A model generated the notes under the pieces. That model searched no databases. It worked only from the letters and a program-made list of their open reading frames with translations, and was not told where the DNA came from. Of a stretch of 64,000 nt of DNA, positions 37,659 through 50,500 are shown one piece after another. This stretch comes from Macrostomum lignano (Eukaryota). Positions within the stretch are counted from its first letter, which is position 1. Each line of letters starts with the position of its first letter. The stretch is taken from the NCBI GenBank assembly GCA_002269645.1, contig NIVC01001677.1, positions 186,001 through 250,000 of the forward strand, in the 5' to 3' direction. Both the position numbers and the translations under genes were made by a program.

Positions 37659-38119
37659 AATCCTATTGACAAAGACCTTACTGTCTGCATGCACACTATA
37701 CTAGATTTTGCGGCCCAGTCTCTGGACTATAACCGTGACAGACCTATTATAAATGTTAGGAATCAAGAACTTCACCTTTGTGAACATTTTCCGTTGCTAA
37801 GCAACCCTTCAAAGCCATTCTATTCTATACAGCTAGATAAGATGCGGTCGCCATGACAACAAACAAAAATACGAAAGGAAACTGATTTAATTGCTCGACA
37901 TCAGTGGCAAGCGCGGGTCTCAAATGCAAATATTCAGCTGGGCTATTGAATAGTGCGAGTTTGCCATGCATAATGCATGCGATAACCTCGCCTGCTTCCT
38001 GCTGTGAGCTGTCACCCACTATTGGTCTGGAGTTCTTTCTTAGAAATGCACCGGAAATTATCGTGTGTTTCTTAATATAGCATACAGAATTACAGATCAA
38101 TGAGCATTTGAGAAGTGGA

Positions 38120-38600
38120 TTTTGAGAAACCGGTAATGTAGATTTTAGAAATCGGTAATGTGGATTTGAGAAACCGGTAATGTGGATTTGAGAAACCGGT
38201 AATGTGGATTTGAGAAACCGGTAATGGGGATTTGAGAAACCGGTAATGTGGATTTGAGAAACCGGTAATGAGGACTTTAGAAATCGGTAGAGGATTTGAG
38301 AAACCGGTAATGTGGATTTGAGAAACCGGTAATGGGGATTTGAGAAACCGGTAATGTGGATTTGAGAAACCGGTAATGGGGATTTGAGAAACCGGTAATG
38401 TGGATTTGAGAAACCGGTAATGGGGATTTGAGAAACCGGTAATGTGGATTTGAGAAACCGGTAATGGGGATTTGAGAAACCGGTAATGTGGATTTGAGAA
38501 ACCGGTAATGGGGATTTGAGAAACCGGTAATGTGGATTTGAGAAACCGGTAATGGGGATTTGAGAAACCGGTAATGAAGATTTGAGAAATCGCTAAAATG
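38120..38600. repeat. 22-bp minisatellite gaaaccggtaatgtggatttga
   Basis: Directly visible. Confidence 0.92.
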
Positions 38601-39481
38601 GATTTGAGAAACGAGGATTTAAGAAATCGGTAATAAGGATAAAGAATAGAGGAAAACAGCCGACAAAACACCTTAACAATTAAATGTAGCACTCTGTCAG
38701 AGTCCACAACATGTCGACACCGAGACAGACGCACTGAATTGACATTGATCAGGTGCCACTGATCATACAATTTCAATGCATCAAATGTGCAGAAACAAGC
38801 ATGTATATTTATATATTTAGAAATGTGTAAATTTATGATGATTAATTAATAACTTACATAAACTGCGCCAAACCAAAGCGAATTTACAAATTGTTTTTTT
38901 TTGTTTGAATTCACAACAAATTTGAATTCTAAATTTTTTAATTAACACATTGGTGCATGCATATGCGCGGATAAATGAAAGCTAAATAAACACACAAAAA
39001 GCACAGGTTAGCATACTAACAGATAAAGGCTACTTATAGTAAGGTGATACAATATAATTACAAACAGTGCTGATTAGTTAATAAATTATAATTTAGCAAG
39101 TAGGGCTAGTGAATTATTACGAGTTATTGAACAAACGAACAAACAAACGAACAAGGTGACGAGTAGGCAATCAGAGGAGGGAATTCAGAATCAAGCAAGT
39201 TAGGTAAATAGATGTGAAATAAAAATTGGAATAGGGGCAGGTGAAAAAAACAATGAATTATCTAATTACTACTAGAGTTACAGTCGGTACTAAGTAGTAT
39301 GTTTTAATTGCTTTTTTAATGAAGCTGATTTTTCAAGTTACTAACTAGTAATTGTTACCAATATTATTATTATTATTACTACTACTTTACAAAAAAGCGT
39401 TGGATTATAAAATTGGAGACAGAACGCAACAAGTTCAATTTTCAATTCAGGAGTCACTGCACAGCCAAGGACAAGCATTTT

Positions 39482-41259
39482 TTACTTTTTACCAGGCGGC
39501 TGCTGCGGCTGGGAGGCGGCGCTCATAGCCGACCAGAGGCTGGTGGGATTAAATCCCATATTTTGTCGCATAGCCTGCTGCAGCATAGTCAAATAGTTAG
39601 CCGGCATAGTGTAGGGATAAGAGCTGGCGCTGGCACCTCCGGCAGCCGGGTACAGCTGGGATATGGCCTGCAGCTGGGCGTGCAGGAACTGCTGGCGTTG
39701 AATCTGTTCAACAGCGGCTGCGGTGGCGGCAGCCTGAGAAGCGGCGGCGGCAGCGGCGGCCTGCTGCTGTTGCTGCTGCTGAGTGGTGGCAGCAAGGCGG
39801 CTGGCACTGGAGCCGGAGAGGCTGTGCAACGAACTGGATGACCTGTGCGCAGAGCTTAGCGAAGACATGCCATGCAGAGAATGATGCTGCTGCTGGTGAT
39901 GATGCTGCTGCTGATGCTGCTGAGCCTGAGGCTGAGGCGGCGGCGGAAGCAGATGCGGAAAAGCTTGAGCAGCCAGCTGCGGATTAGCCGAATAGCGTTT
40001 GAATTCTTTTTCAATTTCTTCCTCCTGTTTGAGCGCTTTAACAAAAGCGGCCTTGAGCCTGGCCGTGTGATCCTTGCGAATGGCGTTCTTCTGATTGACG
40101 GACACGCACTGTTCGCAGATGACATTCTTAGAGCCGGGCTTGTCCCGCTTCCACACAGGTGTATAGTCTGTGCCGCACTGCACACAGGTGAACGGGTGGA
40201 ATACGTACTTGACTTCTGTTGGCTTGCCGCCCTTCAGTACGGCATCGTATTCGCTGATATTGCGGACAACTTCCTCTAGGCCTACTAAAGCAATGAACTC
40301 GTTAGTAACCGTGCTCGGTATGAAGTTCAACTCAGACGGCGGCGGCTGGGGATTGGGAATCTCCAGCAGGGATTTCTCCAACTGTTTGCGCAACGCCAGC
40401 TTCTTCTGAGCCTTCTGGGCGTCTAGCTGAGCCTGGCTAATCTGTGGCGGCGGCGGCGGCGTAGCTTTCGTAGTGGAAGCCTGGCCGCTGCTGACGCTGG
40501 CCGACGTTTTCATTGGCAGCGCGGCGGCCGACTGCGACCGGCCAATTGCCGAAGATGGCGACTGATGATGCGACAGCTTCTGGCTGCCGACAGCCACTGC
40601 GCCAGCTGAACGGCCTTGAGCTGCAGCTGAGGCGCCCGACCGACTGGCACCAGATTGAGTGGCTCCAGCGACGGCGCCATTCTCCTTCTGTTGCTGATGA
40701 TGGAGACTGGAGCCGGGCGCCGAGGCGGATCTCTGCTGAGAATGGCGCATAGCCTTCAATAGGGCCAGTTTGCACTCTTCGCTACGCAGACTTTCGCGTA
40801 GTTTACGCAGCACCACGGCCTGCTCCTTCACCAGGGCCATGGCGGCGTCTGAATCAATGTCAGATTCGGCTAGCTCAGCCTGCTTAGCAACTAGCTTCTG
40901 GATTTCCTGCTCTTCATCGTCTGGCAGCACAATGATCTCATCGCTGCCAGCAGTTGCAGCGCTAGCAGCAGCGGGGGCAGAAGCAGCAAGGCTGCCAGTT
41001 CCACCAGAACTTGTCAGGGCGGGCGCTTTCTTTCGGCTAAGATCCATGGGCGCCAAGCCGCCTTGAGAAGAAGACTCAGTAGAGTTAGACGAAGCAGCAG
41101 CAGCAGCAGCAGCAGCCGCTTTCGAACGTTTCAACAGCACATCGGAGGTCTCGGGCAGTAGCCGTTTCCGTTGTTGCTGAGCAGCGGGCTGCATTGCCTT
41201 AATAGTTTTAGCTGTTGCTACTAATGCTGATTCTGTTGAACACTTCTTGATTGGCGACA
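39482..41259 (-). CDS. GATAD2: Transcriptional repressor p66 (GATA zinc finger domain-containing 2; NuRD subunit), main coding exon
   Basis: CR1 coiled coil LRKLRESLRSEECKLALLKAMRHSQ; CR2 KLALRKQLEKSLLEIPNPQPPPSELNFIPS..NEFIALVGLEEVV; GATA-type finger CVQCGTDYTPVW...ICEQC; RLKAAFVKALKQEEEIEK. A phase-1 TTTCAG acceptor precedes 41259, so an upstream exon is expected. Confidence 0.93.
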
Positions 41260-41450
41260 CTGAAATGTTGAATTAGTCAGATAACACGGGCGCTAATTAC
41301 AGGGAAATAATTAAATTCTGGCCATAGACAATTAGACTCTGTGCATATAGTACATAGAACTGCTAGCAATACAAAATAAATGAATTTTAATAAGCAAACT
41401 TTTGACAGTCTAAGAACCTGAATAGGGCCTTTCATTGCTTACTTAAACTA

Positions 41451-41851
41451 TTGGTTTTGTCAGCCTAACTGAGAACAAAGCCATCCAAAGTGAGAATCCT
41501 GCCCACGCTGACTGCGAAGGGCCCGGCTGCGTGCAGCCTTAGTCTATGGGCCATAGACAATAAAGGACAAGCAAAGTGATAAAAAGCCATCCAATGTGAG
41601 AATCGATTGGTCTTTTAAAACTTTGCTTGTCCTTTATAGTCTATGGCTCATAGACTAGGCTGGACGCAGCTAGGCCCTTCGTATTCAGCGTAGGCAGGAT
41701 TCTCACATTGGATGGCTTTTTATCACTTTGCTTGTCCTTTATAGTCTATGGCCCATAGACTAAGGCTGCGCGCAGCCAGGCCCTTCGCAGTCAGCGTAGG
41801 CAGGATTCTCACTTTGGATGGCTTTATTCTCAGTTAGGCTGACAAAACAAA
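41451..41851. mobile_element. Fold-back/MITE-like element with ~150-bp inverted arms and TA flanks
   Basis: 41451-~41605 is the near-exact reverse complement of ~41697-41851; the spacer holds a partial copy of the arm unit. Confidence 0.75.
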
Positions 41852-42049
41852 TACTAGCGTCATGAACAAGATTGTGATGTTCGTCGCTGCGTGCGCTTTG
41901 CATTTTTATCCATCCAAATATCTGCGTATTTATCCTACTATATACTCATAGCCTATTAGTTTTTATATCTTATCTGTTGTATAAATTTATCCACCTTTTA
42001 CCTACTCTATAATCTATATACTATTAGATCTATATATTAATCTGTCAAT

Positions 42050-42728
<679 letters not shown>

Positions 42729-42835
42729 GTGGCGACACTGTCGCCAAAACTCAAGAATGAAATTGATTTATATTAATTTTGCTGTTAAGACCTGTCAAGG
42801 CTGTTGTTTTCAGCTTACTTTAAGAACTTAACAAT

Positions 42836-43162
42836 TTACAATGATTTCGATTTACCAATCTCGCTAACCAAATCATTGTACTCTTTTAGACGCAGATGCC
42901 CATTGCCGATTTTATCCGGACTAGTCCAGGAGAACAGCCAAGGCGCATAGTCCACGTGATTCGGATCGTTAACCGGGGCCCCGGTTAAAAAGTGACAATC
43001 GCACACCCGCGAATTCGGATTGGGCTGCCACGGCTCGCCGCGGCGCAGCGCCACTATCCATTTCTGTCGCCTGGCCGGCGGTCCAACCGGTATGCGAAAC
43101 ATTTTCGGCATACCGGCACCGCCGCCCCTGCGTTTACAGTTGACTACGCAACAGCTGGGCAT
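42836..43162 (-). CDS. THAP zinc-finger domain ORF (108 aa if unspliced; candidate first exon of p66 via a donor at 42855)
   Basis: MPSCCVVNC...MFRIP...RRQKWIVALRR..WQP..NSRVCDCHF..G...DPNHVDYAPWLF carries the C2CH ligands and the conserved P, W, F, P of THAP domains. Confidence 0.85.
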   Translation of the reverse strand: MPSCCVVNCKRRGGGAGMPKMFRIPVGPPARRQKWIVALRRGEPWQPNPNSRVCDCHFLTGAPVNDPNHVDYAPWLFSWTSPDKIGNGHLRLKEYNDLVSEIGKSKSL

Positions 43163-43860
43163 GCCGCGGGAATATTGTATTGAGACCACAGAGCACCCTG
43201 GCTGCGACAGGTAGCCCAGGTTGAAATAATGGAGGCACGGGGCCAGATCATGATGGAGAGGAGAGAAGTAAAGAGGGGGGGGGCAGACAGTCACACTAAG
43301 GGAAGAAGAGGGAAGAGACAAGCCATCTACCATCCCATAGGCGTCCGTCCGGTTTTTTTCAAAGCTAAAATTTCTCGTCCCTCTGCATCCAAGGTGAGTC
43401 TGACACTGCTTCTGCCAGCGAGCCTGTCTACTCGGTGAGCACACGCGATGAAGCCTCCCTCCCCTTCTCACCTTCCCCAGGTCTGCTCTCCCCTCCTTCC
43501 CCGGCTCAAACCCACATATCCTGCCCAATTTCTCTGTATCCTCTGGCTCAATCTCTTGCCTGCCTATCACCTGTGTCCCGGCTCCAATTGATTTTTTGCA
43601 AACCGTAGACCACCTACCTCACTTTCTAGCCAGATCTTCTCAGGACTAGCAATAGGGGAAGAGTACAGACAGGAAAAAATACTAAAATCCTCTTTCCTAT
43701 TTTTCACTGTCAATGCCAAAACAGGAGGAATAGGAAAGGACAGGGATAGCTTTTAAAGTTATACAAAGCCCCAGCAAGAGACATCTGGATTCTGAACAAA
43801 ACAAAGAAACGACTGGGATTCTTCAGTGGAAGCTTTTAGAAAACTCCCTACCATGCTTGG

Positions 43861-44016
43861 GCGCAACCTATGGATTCACCCGGCCGTTTCTATTGGCAAC
43901 ACACACATGTAAGTTGCTATTGGACGGAATAGTAGTCACGTGACTGCTCTCAGCCAATAGCGACTTACATGTGCGTGTTGCCATTAGAAACGGCCGGGTG
44001 ATTCCCAAGGTTGCGC
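43861..44016. mobile_element. 156-bp palindromic (hairpin) element centred on agtcacgtgact
   Basis: 63-bp arms gcgcaacc...gctattgg / ccaatagc...ggttgcgc with few mismatches. Confidence 0.7.
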
Positions 44017-45477
44017 ATGTATGCAGTCCCTACTTACAGAAAACAAACTGAAACTGGCAAGACGGACTATTCTTGGGGTAGTAATTGCTAACATTATTCA
44101 CTGGATGCGGGCTTAACAGTAAATGATGATATTAACACAACCACAATGAGGTGAAGGAAAGACATGAAGGAAAGACAGACTAGACAAGAGTATGACAAAA
44201 TCCAACCCTTCCACCCTATCCTTTTATAAAGTAATTGAAGAGAAAGTAGAAATAGTTTAAACGATTGTTAGTAGAAACCAGAAAAATTGTTAGTAGAAAA
44301 GAACTCATTTAAGCTACTGAGCTTAAGCTACTAATCGTCTTCCAATTTGACGCAAACAATCTTCAACTATTTTAAGACAATCGTTTAAAATTTCGAGGCT
44401 TAAAGTTAATTCTGAACGGCACTGTGTACTTTTAAAGTCTGATTTTGTCAGCGTAGCAACCACCTCAACCTCCGCCTCTCTCTCCTTGCCTTATTTGGCG
44501 AGATATGGAAAAGGGGTTTTAAAATTGACTAAACTTTGGCGCTGCTATAAGTTTGCTTCACATAAATGATTGACTTCAAACTTGACAAAATTCTTCATTG
44601 ACTCATTCACTGTCATGTCTCTAAATGTAAAGTATCAGCTCTGTAACTCTGTTTTTTGCCTAGATGTTTTTGCCGCTCATTCATTTCCCCCAGAGGAAGG
44701 GGTCGGGCGATAGGACTCAGTGAACATAGATGTGCTGTGTTGTGGAATAACTTTAGTTATATAGCCTTCTTTGCAAGAGACTATTTTAAGCAATGACAGT
44801 TTAGTGGGAAATTCCAAACACTTGGCCCATTCTATAAAGCCACCATAAAATAAGATTGTTCTTAGCTCCTATCTCCACAGTGTAAAAGTTCCAATGTAAA
44901 ATTAAACTTATGCTACAACAGCATTATAGTAAAACCCCTCTGTCCTACTATCTGATTGAGAGATAGAGTATTCTGTGCCACAAACTGGCTTTCCAAGCAA
45001 CTTGAGCTCCCACTATAGGATCTGCACTGCTGAAACAACCATCTTAACAAGCATTATCCTGATACTCTATTTTTAATTTTCACAACATTGTAATCATCAA
45101 TCATATGAACTTGTAAATGATGTCAGCACACAAAGACTTGGGGACATGGCTTTTAAGGTTGCAAATATACTTGAAGACATGGCAAATTATAACAGTCAAT
45201 ACTTAATACTAAGTGGCATTGCATTCCTTATATCTTTAACTTGGACATAATTGTATAAAAATGTGCATCTTAAAGAGTATCTTGAAAGACACTGTAAACT
45301 TTTAAATTTAGTGTATTTTTGCCATTGAGACAACCACTGTAATCTCCATCTACCTCTTTTTCCCTTATCTGGCCAGATATATACACAAGGGTTTTAAAAT
45401 TGACTAACTTATGGCTACCATAACATGCATGCACAACACCCCACTAAGCTAGCCAATCTAGCTGGCTGGCAAAGAGC

Positions 45478-47560
45478 CTAGCCAAGGTAAGTTGCATAAA
45501 TGCCCATTCAAAAATTATAGTCATGATACTAATTAGATGATAAGGCAGGCATTTAGCCTTAATAATACAGTTAGTTACTCTTGTCATTTACTCAAATTAG
45601 CATAATTTTTGCTTAGGTATCTTTCATAGGTAATTTGCATTTTTGGTCAAAATGTAAGATGCATAGCTAGTATATAACTCAGAGGGAGTGCTCATGTATC
45701 TGTAAGTTTATTCCATATAAAACAATTAGCCTTAAACTTGATATAATTCTTTATTAACTTATTATCTATCTAAGTATAAAATCTTACTCTAATTTAATTA
45801 AAATTAGGCGCACAATTGGTTACAAGAAAAAGAGCACAAATGGGCAATCACTCTAATCAGGAGGTGGCAAATTGTACAAATATATTATAAAATGTAAATT
45901 TATAAAGCACACAAGATGCCCATATTGTGGATTGTGTTATATATATGCCAGAAAGTATCTGACTATCTAGTAAAGTGCACGCCAATAAAGTATGCCAATT
46001 AAGATAGTCTTCTAATTCTAGTAAATTGTATGCCAATTAAAAATGTGTGATTAACAAGCAAAAAATCTAACAATCAAGCTTAGGCATAGCAAATAATTTA
46101 CAATAAAAAATTAAATTGAAAACATATATCATTTGAAAAAATGAAAAGAATTGGTAAAACAGAATAGTTACATTTATTATTGATTAAGGTATATTTCTGA
46201 AAGAAAGAAAGAAAAAAACTTTCTATAGTTTTCTTTCTTCTTTCTTTCTATAGTTTTCAAACAATATACTAAAACTATAGAAAGTTTTAGTATATTGTTT
46301 GAAAATCTAATTTATTGTCATGACTTTGCAAATTAACTCTATAGCAAAGATTGTTTAGCATAATTCATATAATTCAATGCTTTTGTACACTGCATCAAAA
46401 GCTTGAACAAGTATAGTTAAGAATTATAAGCTAATGATTGTGCTTGAAGGTTGTATTTCCTCCTTCAATGCCAAATAAATGCTAGATAAAGCACTTGAAC
46501 GCCAGATGTATGCTAGCTAAAGTGTTTGTATGCCAGAATTTTCTGGTATATACTATACTTTCTGCAATATGGTAAAGATGCTAATGCAGGGGCATAAGTG
46601 CCCATTGCTATTATACATCTACATACTTACACTGACATTATACGCATAAGATGCATAGCGCATGCTGCGTATATACCATGCACCTTATGCGCAAATAGAA
46701 ATTTCTTTCTCTGTAGCCATGCAGGCAATTTTTCACAAGCATACCAGATACTATTTGTAAAAAACCCTATTTGCTCCAATGGGAATCTTAGTCAACCTAG
46801 TAGAAAAGACTATAATCTACTTTAGTAAGACACTAGTAATAGCTATAATTGTGGTAACAAACTAGATTCATAACTATTAATTTAATAATAAATACATCAA
46901 ATACTTTATTGCCAAAAATAGTTCCATTTTCTAAATAAATATAATTTGTTTAAACTTTCATTTTGACTTTGTAAAAAAATAAACACACACTAGGTACATT
47001 TTTATTAAATATTGAAATAACTAATGAAAAATTAATTAGATTATATTATAATATCAAGTCACTAACTTAGAGATTCTAGTATATACAATTTTCAGTCATT
47101 ATAGATAATATTTGGAACATATATAGTTAGAAAATAAAATGGATTGATTAAAACACTTGAATAATTTCAATATCTTATAATATATAATATAGTTTTTACA
47201 TCAATCTAAATCTTTCAATATATAAAAGTATAGGCTTATCTTAATTTTTTTCTCTTTTTTAAAAAGTTTATTTGCTTTTTTAGAATATAATTCTATAAGC
47301 ATATACATGCGCAACTGCTGGCTGACCTGGCCAATCTGGCCATTGTAAATTGTGGTGGACCAGGGGAAAGTTGCAAAAATGCCCAGCCTAAATAATACAG
47401 ACATAGTACTAATTAGATAATGAGGCATTTAGCCTTTATAAGACAGTTATAGTTACTCCTGTCATTTACCTAAAATTGTATTAGGGTTTCTTTTACAGGT
47501 AAGTTGCATTTTTGGTCGCATGGCTAGTATAAATCAGGGGGTTGCGCATGTATGTATAAG
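45478..47560. mobile_element. Two diverged copies (~45478-45700 and ~47360-47560) of a small decayed element
   Basis: Shared aagttgca.aaatgccc...tactaattagat...gcatttagcctt...agttactc.tgtcattta...ttgcatttttggtc...gctagtata; internal inverted caaaaatgc/gcatttttg. Confidence 0.6.
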
Positions 47561-50500
47561 CATATTAATCATTATATGCAATTATTCTTATTTGTTACTA
47601 GTAGGCCCTATCTATTACTAAAGTAGCTAATATTACCACAATAGCTATTATTGGAATGGCTATTACTAAAACAAAATGGACTAGACCTATTAATTTATAG
47701 TAGAAAAGGCTTAGTTGGAATTTTTTAAATAAACTAAGCCTATCATAGGTTATCCAACTAATATTTTGGTCCATATCTATAATACAGATATGATGATTTT
47801 TGAAAAAAAAACAATATAGTTCTATTTTTAATTAACAAACATACATGCCTAACACTCATCTGTCTTGTCCAAACTAGACAGGTGAAATGGCTGCTGGCCA
47901 AGGTAAGTCACAAAATCAAAAACACAAAAATTTGAAGAAAGGAGAGGAAGAGAAAAGGAAAAGAAAGGAAGGAAAAGAGAGTGAGGATTGAGGAGAAAGA
48001 AGAGAGAGAAAGAGAAAAAGAAGAAAAAAGAAAAAAGCAAGAAAAGTCATATACAAAATGAAAATTAAGTCACAATTGGGGCGAACTAAATTGCAATTAA
48101 GAGGAACTGAGTTGCAAATCTGGACAAAACTAAGTTGCACCAGACAGGTGAAATTGGTATTGGACCAAGACCACTACATACCAAGACTGCTATACTTAGG
48201 GGAATCTAATGAAGAAATTTGGCTTAATGTTTTATTAGATAGAGCTAGAATTAAAAGGAGACAAATAGATAAGAGAGCCAATAAGACAAGGCTACAAAAA
48301 AGAAACTTATGAAAGGAATTGCAATGCTAGAAAATTGGTAATTCTATCTCAATACTATACCAAAAGCCAATAATAGCTGTGGCAGTCTTAGTATGTGGCA
48401 GTTTTAGTCATAGGCCTATGCCATAAAATTGTAAGGTTGGGCATGTATGTTAACAAAGAAAATTTGTTAGAAACTTTTGCTTAATATAACTTTGTATTGA
48501 TTTAATAGTGCAATTTATTTTTAATTAGTTTCTATTTGGTTTAATGATAAATAAGTAAGTCTATTACATCTGTCCTATTATATTACCTAGGCCTAGGCCT
48601 AATACTAGTAATAGAGGTTAGACAATATCATATAAGCCTATATTTATAAGATTTTTTAGTCTTAAGATCTATACTTTTAAAATAATAGAGATTCAATTAA
48701 TATTCAAGTTAAGTTTAATTGAGATCTAGCCATCTAATAAGCCTTCTTATATTATTCTATCTTATTTAGCTTAGTAGGCCCTACTAATAATAGATATTAT
48801 TATTTATTTATTAAATATATGCATAATGATAATAGGCCTAATAGAGGAAAAAACAATTAATACATAATATTAAGCTTGTTAGTAACTTGACATATATCAA
48901 ATATAAATAATATGATGAAATAATATTAATATTAATATCATCTCATCATAGTCAACATTAGTCACATCACATAGTCCTAGATTTTGAGATCTCAAAACCA
49001 AGATCAAGATTGAGAAAAGTGCCAAGATCTTGTCTTAACAATTGAGATCAAGATTGAGATCTGGTTTAACCCCTACTGACTAGTTCCCAGTGAGCTCCGC
49101 GAAGCGCGTGTCCTTGGGTTTGTGGGGTGAGCGGAGCGAACGCGCGAGGCACAAAGTGCCGAGCATGAGGAACAAACAGCCAGCCAATGCGCGAAGCGCA
49201 TTGGGTGGTCTGGCTTGTGACGAATATAATAATATGAGACGTGTGCATCGAAAAAATGACAAGAAAAATCTCACAAAAACTGCTGTAACTTCAAAACTAC
49301 AAGTGCGAATTTCACAAGTGAGGTGTCATTTTAAAGAGAAGAATCTGATCTATTTAACGAGTATAGTTTTGTATGGATTCACTGCGGAGAAAAGGAACAG
49401 GCTTCAGTTGAAATGTTTGTCTTAAGATTATGTCTTTACAAAAGTGCATTTCCTCATGCACATTAAAACTCGAGCTAAAAATGTTCGAGGGTTATAGGTG
49501 CGCCTTACTAAGATGCATAACATTATTGGGTTGTTTTTTTCAATTGTATCAAAAAGTTGGCACTTTGGTTGCAAAAAATGCAAAAATTGAAAATGTACTT
49601 TTACATTTTTTTGCATTTTTTTCTATACTGCTAATAGTTAAGCATACATACTATGCACCAATTGATGCGCAATTCAAAGATACACAAGTGTGGAAGTTTT
49701 CAATTCTTAGACATTTGAAATCAGAAAGTTATCGACGAAAGACTAAAAATCATGATCTCAAACTGATTTGAGGAAAAGTGCTCATTATAATTTTTGGAAT
49801 ATGGAAGAAACAATTCAACGCCGTCATCTAATTCCAAACTAACTGTACTTTAAGGTACTGCGATGATTTTTTTATTGAAAGAGCGAAACCTGTTTAAATA
49901 TTTGAAAAAATGGAAAAAAAGTACCTTTTTTTCATAGAAATACACTCTTTTGACTGCTTAATCCGATTTCCAACAACAAAATAGTTGCTTTCCTGCTGGT
50001 GCAAACCGTTATTAGGGTGAATTTTCAAAATTGCATACTGTGCCAAAAGTAAACTGAAGCTTAATATTTATAAACATTAGAAACGGGACCACTAATGGGT
50101 ATTTTACTTTGGTTACTTACTATGGACTAAACTGGCACTGGCAGAGACAGATTTGAGAGAAACTAATTGCTCCATTGTATTTGTATTTGGCTCCAGCGTT
50201 ACAAATTACAATAGCTATTTCGGGGTCTAACCGGCTAAGTTATCAAAAAAGCTAGATACCAATCACCAGTTTCATCATCAGCTATACCTACCACGATTTT
50301 ATAGTCACATGCAACAGTAATACCCTCCTTTAAAAGTTTTCAATATCTAAAATGATGTGTTAAATTTTATAAAATTTCATAAACAGTGAAATTTTAGCTG
50401 TTTACGTGCTGGTGGTTTGAACGTAGCTACTTTGTGCGAAAATACACTGTCATTAATACCGTACCTATTATTGTATTTATTGTATTGAAAGTTGATGTGT

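Noticed and set aside
43163-43570. N-terminal extension of the THAP ORF (244-aa call)
   Set aside because: It starts at a non-ATG codon, has no domain features, and THAP domains normally begin at the initiator Met (43162).
49066-50020. piggyBac-like element (TTAA-CCC start)
   Set aside because: No convincing matching right TIR or TTAA was found; kept only as a CpG-retaining segment.
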